From Vulcanisaeta distributa DSM 14429 (GTDB lineage Archaea; Thermoproteota; Thermoprotei; Thermoproteales; Thermocladiaceae): a stretch of DNA of 32,000 bases. Where the stretch lies: assembly GCF_000148385.1 (NCBI RefSeq), contig NC_014537.1, positions 1,500,001 through 1,532,000 of the forward strand. Reading direction: 5' to 3'. The translations under genes and the position numbers were made by a program. Of this stretch, positions 17,152 to 26,201 are shown piece by piece. The notes beneath the pieces are model-generated. The model was not told where the DNA came from. It was given only the letters and a program-made list of their open reading frames with translations, and ran no database searches. Each line of letters starts with the position of its first letter. Positions within the stretch are counted from its first letter, which is position 1.

Positions 17152-18121
17152 TTAATCGCCATGAGCCCTGGCTTTCTCCATATAAGTGGCAACGCACTAA
17201 ATGATTTGGTTTTACACTGACTATTTTTGGCTTTACGTTAATGCATACATCACGTGCATACGGGCATCTAGGTTGAAATACGCAACCAACGAGGTTCACC
17301 TCCTCTATCTTTTCTAATTCAATTTCCAATTTCCTATCAAACTTCCTATCAACCTGGGGTATTGAAGACATTAATAATTGAGTATATGGATGCAGTGGGT
17401 TCTCAATAACCTCCTCAGAATCGCCATACTCCATGATTTCCCCTCTATAAAGCACAAGTATCTTATTGCTTATGTAGGATGCAAGTGACAGGTCGTGGGT
17501 AATAAATAGAATTGTTATCCTCCTCCTAGCATTTATATCATGAAGTAAATTCAGTATCTCAATCCTAAGCGATGCATCTATCATGGAGACTGGCTCATCC
17601 GCTATCAAAACCTCAGGATCAACTAAAAGCGCTCTCGCAATCATTATCCTCTGTAATTGGCCACCGGAGAATTGATGCGGGTACTTACCAAGAGTCTCAT
17701 TTGCCCTTAGTCCAACAAATTCAAGGGCTTCTTTAATACGGTTATAAATATCACGTTCACTAAGATGATTAAAGTAATTCTTAAGTGGCGCCTTGAGTAC
17801 ACGATCCACCTTATGAACAGGATTAAATGATGCGTATGGATCCTGAAATACGGCTTGAACCTCTCTCCAATACCTTCTATTATCTATTTCACTTAAATCA
17901 ACTCCTTTATAAAGTACCTTGCCGCTTGTTGGTTTCTCTAGCTTAAGTAATATTTTAGCTAATGTAGACTTCCCTGAACCGCTCTCGCCAACGATCGATA
18001 ATACATCGCCCTTACTAACGTTGAATGTCACATCATTAAGAGCCACGATCTTGCTAGTACGGAAGAAACCAGCCTCGAACGCCTTCGTCAAGTTCTTAAC
18101 TTCATATATGAATTCAGTCAT
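17132..18121 (-). CDS. ABC transporter ATP-binding protein (Opp/Dpp F-type)
   Basis: 329 aa with Walker A GESGSGKST, signature FSGGQLQR and Walker B VLIADEPVSMIDAS. It has the C-terminal Cys-containing oligopeptide-type extension. It overlaps the upstream ATPase gene by 4 nt. Confidence 0.9.
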   Translation of the reverse strand: MTEFIYEVKNLTKAFEAGFFRTSKIVALNDVTFNVSKGDVLSIVGESGSGKSTLAKILLKLEKPTSGKVLYKGVDLSEIDNRRYWREVQAVFQDPYASFNPVHKVDRVLKAPLKNYFNHLSERDIYNRIKEALEFVGLRANETLGKYPHQFSGGQLQRIMIARALLVDPEVLIADEPVSMIDASLRIEILNLLHDINARRRITILFITHDLSLASYISNKILVLYRGEIMEYGDSEEVIENPLHPYTQLLMSSIPQVDRKFDRKLEIELEKIEEVNLVGCVFQPRCPYARDVCINVKPKIVSVKPNHLVRCHLYGESQGSWRLNDTRKS

Positions 18122-19110
18122 TGGCCATCACCCTTAGCGAATAACCAGCATGTAACTGTGGTAGAACCAACCTTAACTAATGGTGGTTCTTTCTCTTTAC
18201 AAATATCCATCCTGTAGGGGCATCTATCGTAGAAGCGGCAACCCTTAGGCGGATTCACTAAGCTTGGTGGCTCGCCTTTAAGTCCCTTTAACCTAATCTT
18301 GTTTATGTTTGTGCCGTACTTGGGTATCGACATGATTAATGCCTTGGTATATGGGTGCAACGGCTCCTTAAGTACGTCGTTGGCATTACCAACTTCGATA
18401 AGCTTACCAGCATACATTACCCCAATTTTATTGGCTAATTGCGCAATTACACCAATATCATGCGTTATGAAGAGCATTGACTTAACTCTACGTGATTCAA
18501 CCAATTCATTTAGGAACTGAATAACTAACCTCTGTGTAACTACATCAAGCGATGAAGTTGGTTCGTCAGCGATTAGGAGATCTGGATCAAGTATTGTACT
18601 TATCATAATACTAACCCTCTGTCTCATGCCGCCTGATAATTCAAAGGGATACCTATCAAGGACCCACTTTGGAAGGCCTATCATTGATAATCGCTCAGGG
18701 ACTCTGGAATTCATTATTTCCTCAATCTTTTCATCACTATCAATGTGGGATTTAAGGGCATCCCTAAGTAGACGCTTAATCGTTATTGTTGGATTAAGGG
18801 CATCCATCGCGAATTGAGGAATTAGCGATACGTGTTCCATGCGTATTCTTCTCAATTCCTCATTACTCAGTTTAAGTATATCTATGCCCTTAAACAATAC
18901 CTTACCATCCACAACCCGGAGAGGTGGTTTAGCTAATGCCGAAATAGCTATGGCAAGGGTGCTCTTTCCTGAGCCACTTTCACCAACGATTCCTAAAACA
19001 TCATTCTCATTAATAATAAATGAGACATCATCGACGGCCTTAACGGAAAGTCCGTTTTCAAGAAAATAATAAGCCTTCAACCTCTCAACACTTAATACAT
19101 TCTCAGCCAT
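18118..19110 (-). CDS. ABC transporter ATP-binding protein (Opp/Dpp D-type)
   Basis: 330 aa with Walker A GESGSGKST, signature LSGGMRQR and Walker B LLIADEPTSSLD. The C-terminal extension contains CRFYDRCPY. Confidence 0.9.
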   Translation of the reverse strand: MAENVLSVERLKAYYFLENGLSVKAVDDVSFIINENDVLGIVGESGSGKSTLAIAISALAKPPLRVVDGKVLFKGIDILKLSNEELRRIRMEHVSLIPQFAMDALNPTITIKRLLRDALKSHIDSDEKIEEIMNSRVPERLSMIGLPKWVLDRYPFELSGGMRQRVSIMISTILDPDLLIADEPTSSLDVVTQRLVIQFLNELVESRRVKSMLFITHDIGVIAQLANKIGVMYAGKLIEVGNANDVLKEPLHPYTKALIMSIPKYGTNINKIRLKGLKGEPPSLVNPPKGCRFYDRCPYRMDICKEKEPPLVKVGSTTVTCWLFAKGDGQ

Positions 19111-19114
19111 TAAA

Positions 19115-19975
19115 TCACCCCCTCAACCTTGGATTAAATATTTTGTTTAACCCCCTAACCATTAATATTAATGCTAGTGTCGTCCAGGCAGTTAGGAAAC
19201 CAGGTGGTACATACCACCACCAAATACCGTAAGCGAATGCCGTCGCGATGACAGACCAATAAAGCATGGTACCCCATGTCGCTATTGAGAGAGATCCGAT
19301 ACCAAATAAGTTGAGCGTTACTATGGTCATTATTGCGGCATTAAATTGAATTATATATACGATTACGACATACGGCAGTATAACAGGTAAAATCTCGCCG
19401 AAGGCGATCTCAAACGAATCACTACCATTAAGCCTAGCCACATTTATGAAGTCACGAGCCTTTATACTCCTCGTCATGGGATCAACAGCCCTGACTGTCC
19501 AGCTCCAACTAAATAACCCTGTGAGTGTAGCTACTAATAAATTCGATATTTTAGGTCCAATGACGATCGAAAGTATCATAACGAATAAAGTAACGGGTAT
19601 TGCGATGAATAGGTTCGTGAAGAAATTAATGATGTCGTTGATCGTTCTACCGAAATAACCAGCTATAACTCCTAAGACTATGCCTATCGCGGTCGCTATT
19701 GCACCTGCCATGGCAGCAATAATTAACGTCGCTGGGGTAGCGAATAACAACTGACTCCATACATCCTGCCCATAGAGTGTCGTGCCAAGGAGATAATGTG
19801 AACTTGGTGGTACACCAGGTGGACCAACAACTGCATCTGGGTGCTTATATGGCGCAATTATTGGTCCTATTATTGCTAGTATAATCACTGGAAGGAACAT
19901 TATAAAGCCTGTTAAAAACGACCTATCACCAAATATTGACCTAAATAATGACTTAATCTCACTAATCTCAGGCAT
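19115..19975 (-). CDS. ABC transporter permease (Opp/Dpp C-type)
   Basis: 286 aa polytopic protein. The EAA-loop-like segment is NVARLNGSDSFEIAFGEILPVILPY. It overlaps the upstream permease gene by 8 nt. Confidence 0.85.
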   Translation of the reverse strand: MPEISEIKSLFRSIFGDRSFLTGFIMFLPVIILAIIGPIIAPYKHPDAVVGPPGVPPSSHYLLGTTLYGQDVWSQLLFATPATLIIAAMAGAIATAIGIVLGVIAGYFGRTINDIINFFTNLFIAIPVTLFVMILSIVIGPKISNLLVATLTGLFSWSWTVRAVDPMTRSIKARDFINVARLNGSDSFEIAFGEILPVILPYVVIVYIIQFNAAIMTIVTLNLFGIGSLSIATWGTMLYWSVIATAFAYGIWWWYVPPGFLTAWTTLALILMVRGLNKIFNPRLRG

Positions 19976-21011
19976 ATGTACCCACCCTCACCCTTGGATC
20001 AATAATAACATAGACAATCTCAATTAGGAAGTTTGCAATTACCACCATGGTTATCACGTAGAACAGAGCACCCTCCATTAAGAAGTAATCAAGGTTTGTT
20101 ATGGCATTCCAAATGATCCAGCCCATCCCTGGATACATAAATATGAACTCCACGGCACCTGCACTGACAAAAATCAAGCCCAGGTTAATGGCTAGGCCTG
20201 AATATTGAGGTAATGACGCATTTCTATAGGCATAATTCCTAATAATATCGTACCTAATGCCCAAGGATTCGGCATAAGTTATATAATTACTACCAAGCTC
20301 ACCAACGATATTAGCCCTCATGCCAATGGCCCACTGTCCAATGGACACCAGAAATACCGATAAGAACGGCAATATCCACTCCTTAAGGAATGTTGATATA
20401 AAGTTCCACGTAAACGTCGGCATTGTGAACGTGTACTCTGATGTGAACGTTGATGGAAGTAATTTTAGATAGAATGTAAAGACCGTTATCAGTAGCATTG
20501 CGAGCCAATAGTACGGCGAATACGCAATGAAGTATAGGATGGGCATTAATATTCTATCAACATGCCTATTAAAGGCGGCTATAGCGCCAAGCTTATTACC
20601 AACCCAAAATCCAAGGAATATTGCCGGAATGAGCAGTGCAAGGTCATAAAATACGATGCTACTTATTATTTTAGCAACTGGTTCAGGAAATAACCATGCA
20701 GAAATACCGAAATTACCCTGAAAAATACCCTTCCAATAATCAATGAATTGAATGTATAAAGATTGGTTCAGCCCGAAATATTGATAAACAAAATTATACA
20801 ACTTCTGAAGGGCCTGAGGTGAGTAAGTCCCTGCTGAACCAATGGCGGCACTTTCTAACCTACCAACTATTATATTAGCAACATTTATTGGTAACAACCT
20901 AGGCAGTAGAAAAACGAGACTATTAGCCACGAACCAAATTAATACGTAAACAAAAAATCTCCTAATTAAGTATCGAACATAAGTAGCAACCATAATTAAT
21001 GATTGATTCAT
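19968..21011 (-). CDS. ABC transporter permease (Opp/Dpp B-type)
   Basis: 347 aa polytopic protein. The EAA-loop-like segment is YAESLGIRYDIIRNYAYRNASLP. It is the first gene of the five-gene minus-strand operon. Confidence 0.85.
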   Translation of the reverse strand: MNQSLIMVATYVRYLIRRFFVYVLIWFVANSLVFLLPRLLPINVANIIVGRLESAAIGSAGTYSPQALQKLYNFVYQYFGLNQSLYIQFIDYWKGIFQGNFGISAWLFPEPVAKIISSIVFYDLALLIPAIFLGFWVGNKLGAIAAFNRHVDRILMPILYFIAYSPYYWLAMLLITVFTFYLKLLPSTFTSEYTFTMPTFTWNFISTFLKEWILPFLSVFLVSIGQWAIGMRANIVGELGSNYITYAESLGIRYDIIRNYAYRNASLPQYSGLAINLGLIFVSAGAVEFIFMYPGMGWIIWNAITNLDYFLMEGALFYVITMVVIANFLIEIVYVIIDPRVRVGTYA

Positions 21012-21046
21012 TAAGCGCTTTTAAGCTTTAGGTAGTAAAATTAGTA

Positions 21047-21084
21047 ATTAAGGGTGCTAAGAGTATACTCTTAACACCCTTAAT
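21047..21084. promoter_or_regulatory. 38-nt near-perfect palindrome in the divergent promoter region (operator candidate)
   Basis: ATTAAGGGTGCTAAGAGTA|TACTCTTAACACCCTTAAT. I checked it base by base: 18 of 19 symmetric pairs match, and the single mismatch is 21057/21074. The right arm abuts the TATA-like ATTTAAAT (about 21085-21092), roughly 30 nt upstream of the binding-protein ATG at 21120. Confidence 0.5.
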
Positions 21085-21119
21085 ATTTAAATGCCTTTAC
21101 CATACTTATAGATTCCCTG

Positions 21120-23015
21120 ATGTTAAGTAAAGTGTCCCGTAAATATGTACTAATAGCAACAATAACCCTAACTATAGCGCTCGTATTAGTACTTATCTCA
21201 ATACCAAGTAGCTACGCTCAACAGACGCTGACCTTTCCGAGAAATGAAACACTATACATAGGTGGCGCTATGTGGTCGCCACCAAGTAATGGCTTTAATC
21301 CAATAGTTTATCCGCCAACAAGTGAGGAGTTGTATCTTGTATATTTAACATTGTTTACCTATGACCCATTTAATGATTCATTAATTCCATTACTTGCTCA
21401 ATCATTAAGCGTATATAATTCAACGGCAGTTATAATCAACCTTAGACCGCAGGCCACGTGGTCAAATGGCCAGCCTGTTACGGCTCAAGACGTGGTATTC
21501 ACACTTGAGTTAGGTAAGAATTACACATGCACAAGGTGGAGTTGGGTGTGGGGTACCTGGACCGGTGCGTTGAAAAATGCCGTTGCCCTTAATCAGACAT
21601 CGGCCATGTTGGTGTTCGTTGGTGAAATTAATTGGTACGCCCTCTACCAAGAGATATTAACGGATATGCAGGTGGTACCAGCCAGTGTTTGGTCAAGCGT
21701 CTCTAATCCATGTACATGGACAAACCCACCAGCAACCTCGCCGCCATACACAATAAGTGATGGGCCATATGAAGGCTATTACTATAGTGATACTGAACAG
21801 GTCTACATAAAGAATCCGAATTGGTGGGGTTGGAGTGTCTTTGGTATAAACCCAGATTACCCACCTGAATACGTAGTTAGTATGGTTGCAACAAGCAATG
21901 TTCAAGCACCTTCATTAATTGCCCAGGGAATGCTTGATTGGAATGGCTTCTTTATAATGAATGTTTGGCAGTATTATAATGAGAGCTTCTATACGTTCTA
22001 TACGCACCCGCCGTATCAGGTACCAATAAATGTAGTTGCATTATGGATTAATTACCAGCAGTATCCATGGGACATACCGGCAGTTAGAAGGGCAGTCGCA
22101 TTTGCAATAAACACGACAGAATTAGCTGTTATTGCTGAGAATAACCAAGAGAGTCCTGATGGCGCATGGCCAGGCCCAACCACGGAGTTATTTAACGCCT
22201 TTGGTCCATATTTCCAGGAGGTCATTAATACGACAATACTTAAGGAATATGGTTGGTACTATGACCCAAATGAATCTATAGCAATATTTGAGAGTTTAGG
22301 ATTCCATAAGAATGCACAGGGTTATTGGGTGACGCCAAATGGCACGGTGCTTTCATTAACAATAATGGCACCAGCGGGTTGGACTGATTGGGATGAACAG
22401 GCAGAGTTGATAGCCGAGATGTTACAGGCCGTCGGTATTGACGCAACTGCCGTTACGCCTAGTTGGTCAACATTCTGGTCAGATCTTCAGACCGGTCAAT
22501 TCCAAGCAGCTCTATGGAACCCAAGTGGTCTATTACCGGTGACGTACTTTAATAACTGGGGATATTACTGGGGTTGTGTTTCACCAACCATTGCTTGGTG
22601 CGACTTCGAGAGATTTAATAACTTAACATACAATTTATTAGTTCAGCAATTAATGTACACCAACCCAAGTAACTTAAGCGCTGTATTACCACTCTACTCA
22701 AAGCTTGAGGAGATATTCCTACAGACTGTTCCCGTTATACCATTAGTATATGGTTCGGCATGGTACGGATACTCAACTAAGTACTGGGTTGGCTGGCCTA
22801 ATCAGAATAATCCAGGAGTTGCGTGGCCGTCACCTTGGTCTGGTTCTGGTGAAGTATGGGTTGTGCTTGGGCTGAAGCCTGTATCTGCCGTTAAGCCAAA
22901 GCCTGCTGTTTCCATTAGCTCATCATTACTTATAACAGTAATAATTGTTGTGGTTGTTATAGTCATAATAATTGCGATTGTTGCATGGCTAATCACAAGA
23001 AGGAGAAGAAGGTAA
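21120..23015 (+). CDS. ABC transporter substrate-binding protein, family 5 (Opp/Dpp class), C-terminally membrane-anchored
   Basis: 631 aa. The N-terminal signal peptide is ...ISIPSSYA|QQ. The length and Trp/Tyr-rich composition suit family-5 SBPs. The C-terminus is a KPKPAVSISSS linker, a TM helix and RRRRR. It is divergent from the permease/ATPase operon. Confidence 0.85.
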   Translation: MLSKVSRKYVLIATITLTIALVLVLISIPSSYAQQTLTFPRNETLYIGGAMWSPPSNGFNPIVYPPTSEELYLVYLTLFTYDPFNDSLIPLLAQSLSVYNSTAVIINLRPQATWSNGQPVTAQDVVFTLELGKNYTCTRWSWVWGTWTGALKNAVALNQTSAMLVFVGEINWYALYQEILTDMQVVPASVWSSVSNPCTWTNPPATSPPYTISDGPYEGYYYSDTEQVYIKNPNWWGWSVFGINPDYPPEYVVSMVATSNVQAPSLIAQGMLDWNGFFIMNVWQYYNESFYTFYTHPPYQVPINVVALWINYQQYPWDIPAVRRAVAFAINTTELAVIAENNQESPDGAWPGPTTELFNAFGPYFQEVINTTILKEYGWYYDPNESIAIFESLGFHKNAQGYWVTPNGTVLSLTIMAPAGWTDWDEQAELIAEMLQAVGIDATAVTPSWSTFWSDLQTGQFQAALWNPSGLLPVTYFNNWGYYWGCVSPTIAWCDFERFNNLTYNLLVQQLMYTNPSNLSAVLPLYSKLEEIFLQTVPVIPLVYGSAWYGYSTKYWVGWPNQNNPGVAWPSPWSGSGEVWVVLGLKPVSAVKPKPAVSISSSLLITVIIVVVVIVIIIAIVAWLITRRRRR

Positions 23016-23058
23016 GTCATTTAGCTTAAAAGATAATTAAAATTAAATATATTTTTAT

Positions 23059-24444
23059 TTATGTAATGATTAAATATATTATTGATGCTATTATAAACGA
23101 TATGAAGTAGCTTATGTCGGCACCGCCAAGGGCATTGGCTACTGGGCCTACGAAGGGTATTAAACCTCCTGTCGCGGCGTTTAGGTTCATGAATGGTACC
23201 GAGATTAATAAGCCGATTACGTAGGCGAGTAGTGCCTTCCATATTACCTTCGGTCCGTTTTCCACGAGTTTCCAATCCCTGGTTTTATTCACGTAGAACA
23301 TCACTAGTAGTATGCCGATCCAAGGCGTTATCCAGTAGTCTAGGAATAGTAGGAATCCCTCGTAGTAACCCACGAAGTTCAACCCACCGAGTACTGCCAT
23401 TACCGTGCCAACCACCGCGCCGGCTATTAACGCTTGCCACCTCCTTGCCTTATTGTAAATTGCCAGGGCTGATAGGGAGTTGGTGTATATGTTGAGGACA
23501 TTGGCAGCCAGTGCGCCTAGGAATAGGGCTATCACGGCTATTATGGCGTAGGCGACCCCGTAATTACCCATGAACTGGACAAGCACGGTCGGTAAGCCAC
23601 TGGTGTTCCCAGTGGCTGCGCTGACGGCGAAGCCCACCACCTCACTCCATAGGCTGGCCAATAAGCCTCCGAGGGCCGCATAGGCTATTATCTTCGTTCT
23701 ACTCGTGTTCTCCGGCAGGTAACGTGAGTAGTCGCTGGCGTATGGGCCCCACGACATTATGTAGCTGAACACCGTCGCCAGTGCTATTGCGAAGTTGAAT
23801 GGATTGAAGGAGGCAGTCCTTACATAAGTGCTCAGTAGGTGTGGCTTTGACAGTGCTAGGGCTAGGGAGACCGCGAACATTATGCCCAATATTATTGATA
23901 GTACGTACTCAGACCTATGTATTACATCGTACCCAAAGAGTGCGATTATGAATTGAGTCAACACGGTTATGAGGATTGCGGCATAAAGTGGTATTGCTGG
24001 GTCTACGTAATTAATTATGTAACCACCAATTATCGCATTCACCGAGAACCAACCAAGGGTGCTAACCCAATTCGCTATTGCGAAGGGTAGGTTCCCAACC
24101 CTACCGTATGCAGCCCTTGAAATCATTATCTGTGGATAGCCGTAGGCAGGCCCCATGGCCGCCAAAAGCCCGACCAATAGTCCACCTAGTACATTGCCAA
24201 GTACTAGGGCGAGTACCAGCCAGGGAATTGGTAGACCCAGCATGTATAGTATTGGGCCAAGGGCATAGTCGGCTACGGTTAGGTTACTCGCAAACCACAG
24301 CGTGAATTGATACATGGTCTTACCATGCCTCATTGAGCTTGGTATGTGCTCTATACCGAGCCTTTCTATTATCGATGTCATTGGACAGAGAAGAGCAAAT
24401 GGGGAAGTAAGCATTATATGGCAAAAATTGCGGTGACTCAGCAC
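23059..24444 (-). CDS. NCS1-family permease (cytosine/purine/uracil/thiamine/allantoin type)
   Basis: 461 aa polytopic protein. The N-terminal ERLGIEHIPSSMRHGKTMYQFTLWFASNLTVADYALG is typical of NCS1/CodB-like permeases. The likely true start is the ATG at 24381 (MTSIIERLG), with ATATAAT about 33 nt upstream. Confidence 0.8.
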   Translation of the reverse strand: MLSHRNFCHIMLTSPFALLCPMTSIIERLGIEHIPSSMRHGKTMYQFTLWFASNLTVADYALGPILYMLGLPIPWLVLALVLGNVLGGLLVGLLAAMGPAYGYPQIMISRAAYGRVGNLPFAIANWVSTLGWFSVNAIIGGYIINYVDPAIPLYAAILITVLTQFIIALFGYDVIHRSEYVLSIILGIMFAVSLALALSKPHLLSTYVRTASFNPFNFAIALATVFSYIMSWGPYASDYSRYLPENTSRTKIIAYAALGGLLASLWSEVVGFAVSAATGNTSGLPTVLVQFMGNYGVAYAIIAVIALFLGALAANVLNIYTNSLSALAIYNKARRWQALIAGAVVGTVMAVLGGLNFVGYYEGFLLFLDYWITPWIGILLVMFYVNKTRDWKLVENGPKVIWKALLAYVIGLLISVPFMNLNAATGGLIPFVGPVANALGGADISYFISFIIASIIYLIIT

Positions 24445-24455
24445 GGCTTAACTAA

Positions 24456-25127
24456 GTGGGCTGGGCAGAAAATGCCAAATTATCTCTTCACTATAGTGCT
24501 ATAATGGATTATTACGCGGATTACCTCTCGATATATGATGATAGGTATGGAGTGATTGATTTTAGGAATAAGGACGTGATCGATGTCGGCGCATTCATTG
24601 GTGACACGGCAATTTACTTCGTAATGAGGGGTGCAGGTAGGGTTGTGGCTGTCGAGCCTCATCCTAAGGCATTTAAGGAGCTTGTTAGGAATATTAGGTC
24701 GAGGGAATTAATTAATAGGGTGATACCCATCAATGCAGCACTTAGTAGTATCTCCGGCGTGACATGCGTTCCCGTGGACATGGACCTGGGGAGTATAATG
24801 GCTACTTACTTCGGGCCTGTGGTTAATGATTACATGTGCGTTAATGGGGCTCGGGTCAAGTTAGTCACGCTGGGTGAAATTATTAATGAGACTGGCATAA
24901 ACACTGATGTTTTAAAGATGAATTGTGAGGGCTGTGAGTATGACGTTATACTTAACGATTATGAGCACGTCAAATTATTCAGGGAGTTAATCTTTGAGTA
25001 CCACAGGTGGGTCACTGGCATACCAGTTAAGGAATTACTCAACGTATTGAACAGGGACTTTGAGTGTGCCTTTATTGGGCATGTTCATGAGGATTATGGC
25101 TATGTTTATTGCCGGAGAATAACTTAA
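24456..25127 (+). CDS. FkbM-family SAM-dependent methyltransferase
   Basis: 223 aa. The SAM motif-I-like segment is VIDVGAFIGDTAIYFVMRGAGRVVAVEPHP, and the later DVLKMNCEGCEYDV block is typical of FkbM-domain proteins. The track start is GTG; the ATG at 24504 (MDYYADY) is plausible. Confidence 0.7.
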   Translation: MGWAENAKLSLHYSAIMDYYADYLSIYDDRYGVIDFRNKDVIDVGAFIGDTAIYFVMRGAGRVVAVEPHPKAFKELVRNIRSRELINRVIPINAALSSISGVTCVPVDMDLGSIMATYFGPVVNDYMCVNGARVKLVTLGEIINETGINTDVLKMNCEGCEYDVILNDYEHVKLFRELIFEYHRWVTGIPVKELLNVLNRDFECAFIGHVHEDYGYVYCRRIT

Positions 25128-25155
25128 AATCAATGAATTAATTTCTCATAAGGCG

Positions 25156-26175
25156 ATGATAGAGCTTATTGAGAAGGTTAATGGCCTTATTTATCAATTA
25201 AAGATATTCATGCCCATGGAGCCTGGTTACGTATTTTCATACGTAGTAAGGAGGGATAATGAGTGTGTAATGATTGATGCCGGTTACCCAAATACTGAGC
25301 TCCTTAATCCATTAATTAATGAGTTGAATAAAATACCGAGTTGTCGGTTAAATCTGTTATTCATTACGCATATGCACATTGACCACACTGGTTTAGCTGA
25401 TGGGTTGCGCAGTAGGCTTGGGTTAAGCATTGTCATGCATAGGAGGGATTATGAACAACTTCTGAAGATGCTTGACAGGGACTTATTCATTAAAGAGTTC
25501 CTTGAATTACTAATGCGCTACGGAGTTCCCAATACTGAGATGGAACTCTATAAGAACGTAGCTAGTGGTTTATCGAGTAGAAGGAAATTGAGTATGTTTA
25601 ACCCGGACATCATAGTTAATACGGAGGAGGAACGCATTGGGGGAGCGCATGTATTATTAACACCGGGTCATTCACCGGGTCACATATCGATAATACTTGA
25701 TGACTATAGGCTTGCATTTACGGGCGACTTAATATTACCAACAATAACAACGCATGTTGGCTTAACCCCAATAAACCCAGGTAATCCACTTCGTGATTAC
25801 CTGGACTCAATTATCAAGATTAAGAGGGCGGGTCTTAAGTGCATATACCCAGGACATGAGGGCGAAATATGTAGTGTTAATGATAGGATAAATGAACTCA
25901 TTGCGCATAGGGTCTCAAGGCTATGTGAAGCGTTGAATGTGTTGAGGGGTAAGGAATTAACCATATTTGAGATTGCGAATAGGCTCAGGTGGATGGATAA
26001 TAAGAAGTACGTAGACCTCGACCTAATGAATAGGTACATGGCATTAACGGAGACCGCAGCCCTTATTAAGTACCTGGAATCATTAAACATTGTTAGGGTG
26101 AATGGCGACTATAAGTACGGAATCGCTAAGGAGGTTGCGTGCGATATTAGGGAGTTAATACCACAATTAGGTTAA
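25156..26175 (+). CDS. MBL-fold metallo-hydrolase with a C-terminal winged-helix-like extension
   Basis: 339 aa with the HxHxDH motif (ITHMHIDHTG), downstream TPGHSPGH and a late GH. The roughly 90-aa C-terminal tail is helical. Confidence 0.85.
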   Translation: MIELIEKVNGLIYQLKIFMPMEPGYVFSYVVRRDNECVMIDAGYPNTELLNPLINELNKIPSCRLNLLFITHMHIDHTGLADGLRSRLGLSIVMHRRDYEQLLKMLDRDLFIKEFLELLMRYGVPNTEMELYKNVASGLSSRRKLSMFNPDIIVNTEEERIGGAHVLLTPGHSPGHISIILDDYRLAFTGDLILPTITTHVGLTPINPGNPLRDYLDSIIKIKRAGLKCIYPGHEGEICSVNDRINELIAHRVSRLCEALNVLRGKELTIFEIANRLRWMDNKKYVDLDLMNRYMALTETAALIKYLESLNIVRVNGDYKYGIAKEVACDIRELIPQLG

Positions 26176-26201
26176 TTAGGTTCAGAGTTACTAATTTATC
26201 A

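Noticed and set aside
23021-24305. ORFs 23021..23275 (-), 23193..23495 (+) and 24078..24305 (+), overlapping the NCS1 permease gene
   Set aside because: All are alternative-frame or antisense shadows of a clearly recognisable polytopic permease, with Arg/Pro/Ser-rich products typical of off-frame translation. The same reasoning applies to the other short ORFs nested in the large genes, for example 581..781, 5663..5863, 9127..9315, 12077..12379, 18299..19069 and 19446..19658.
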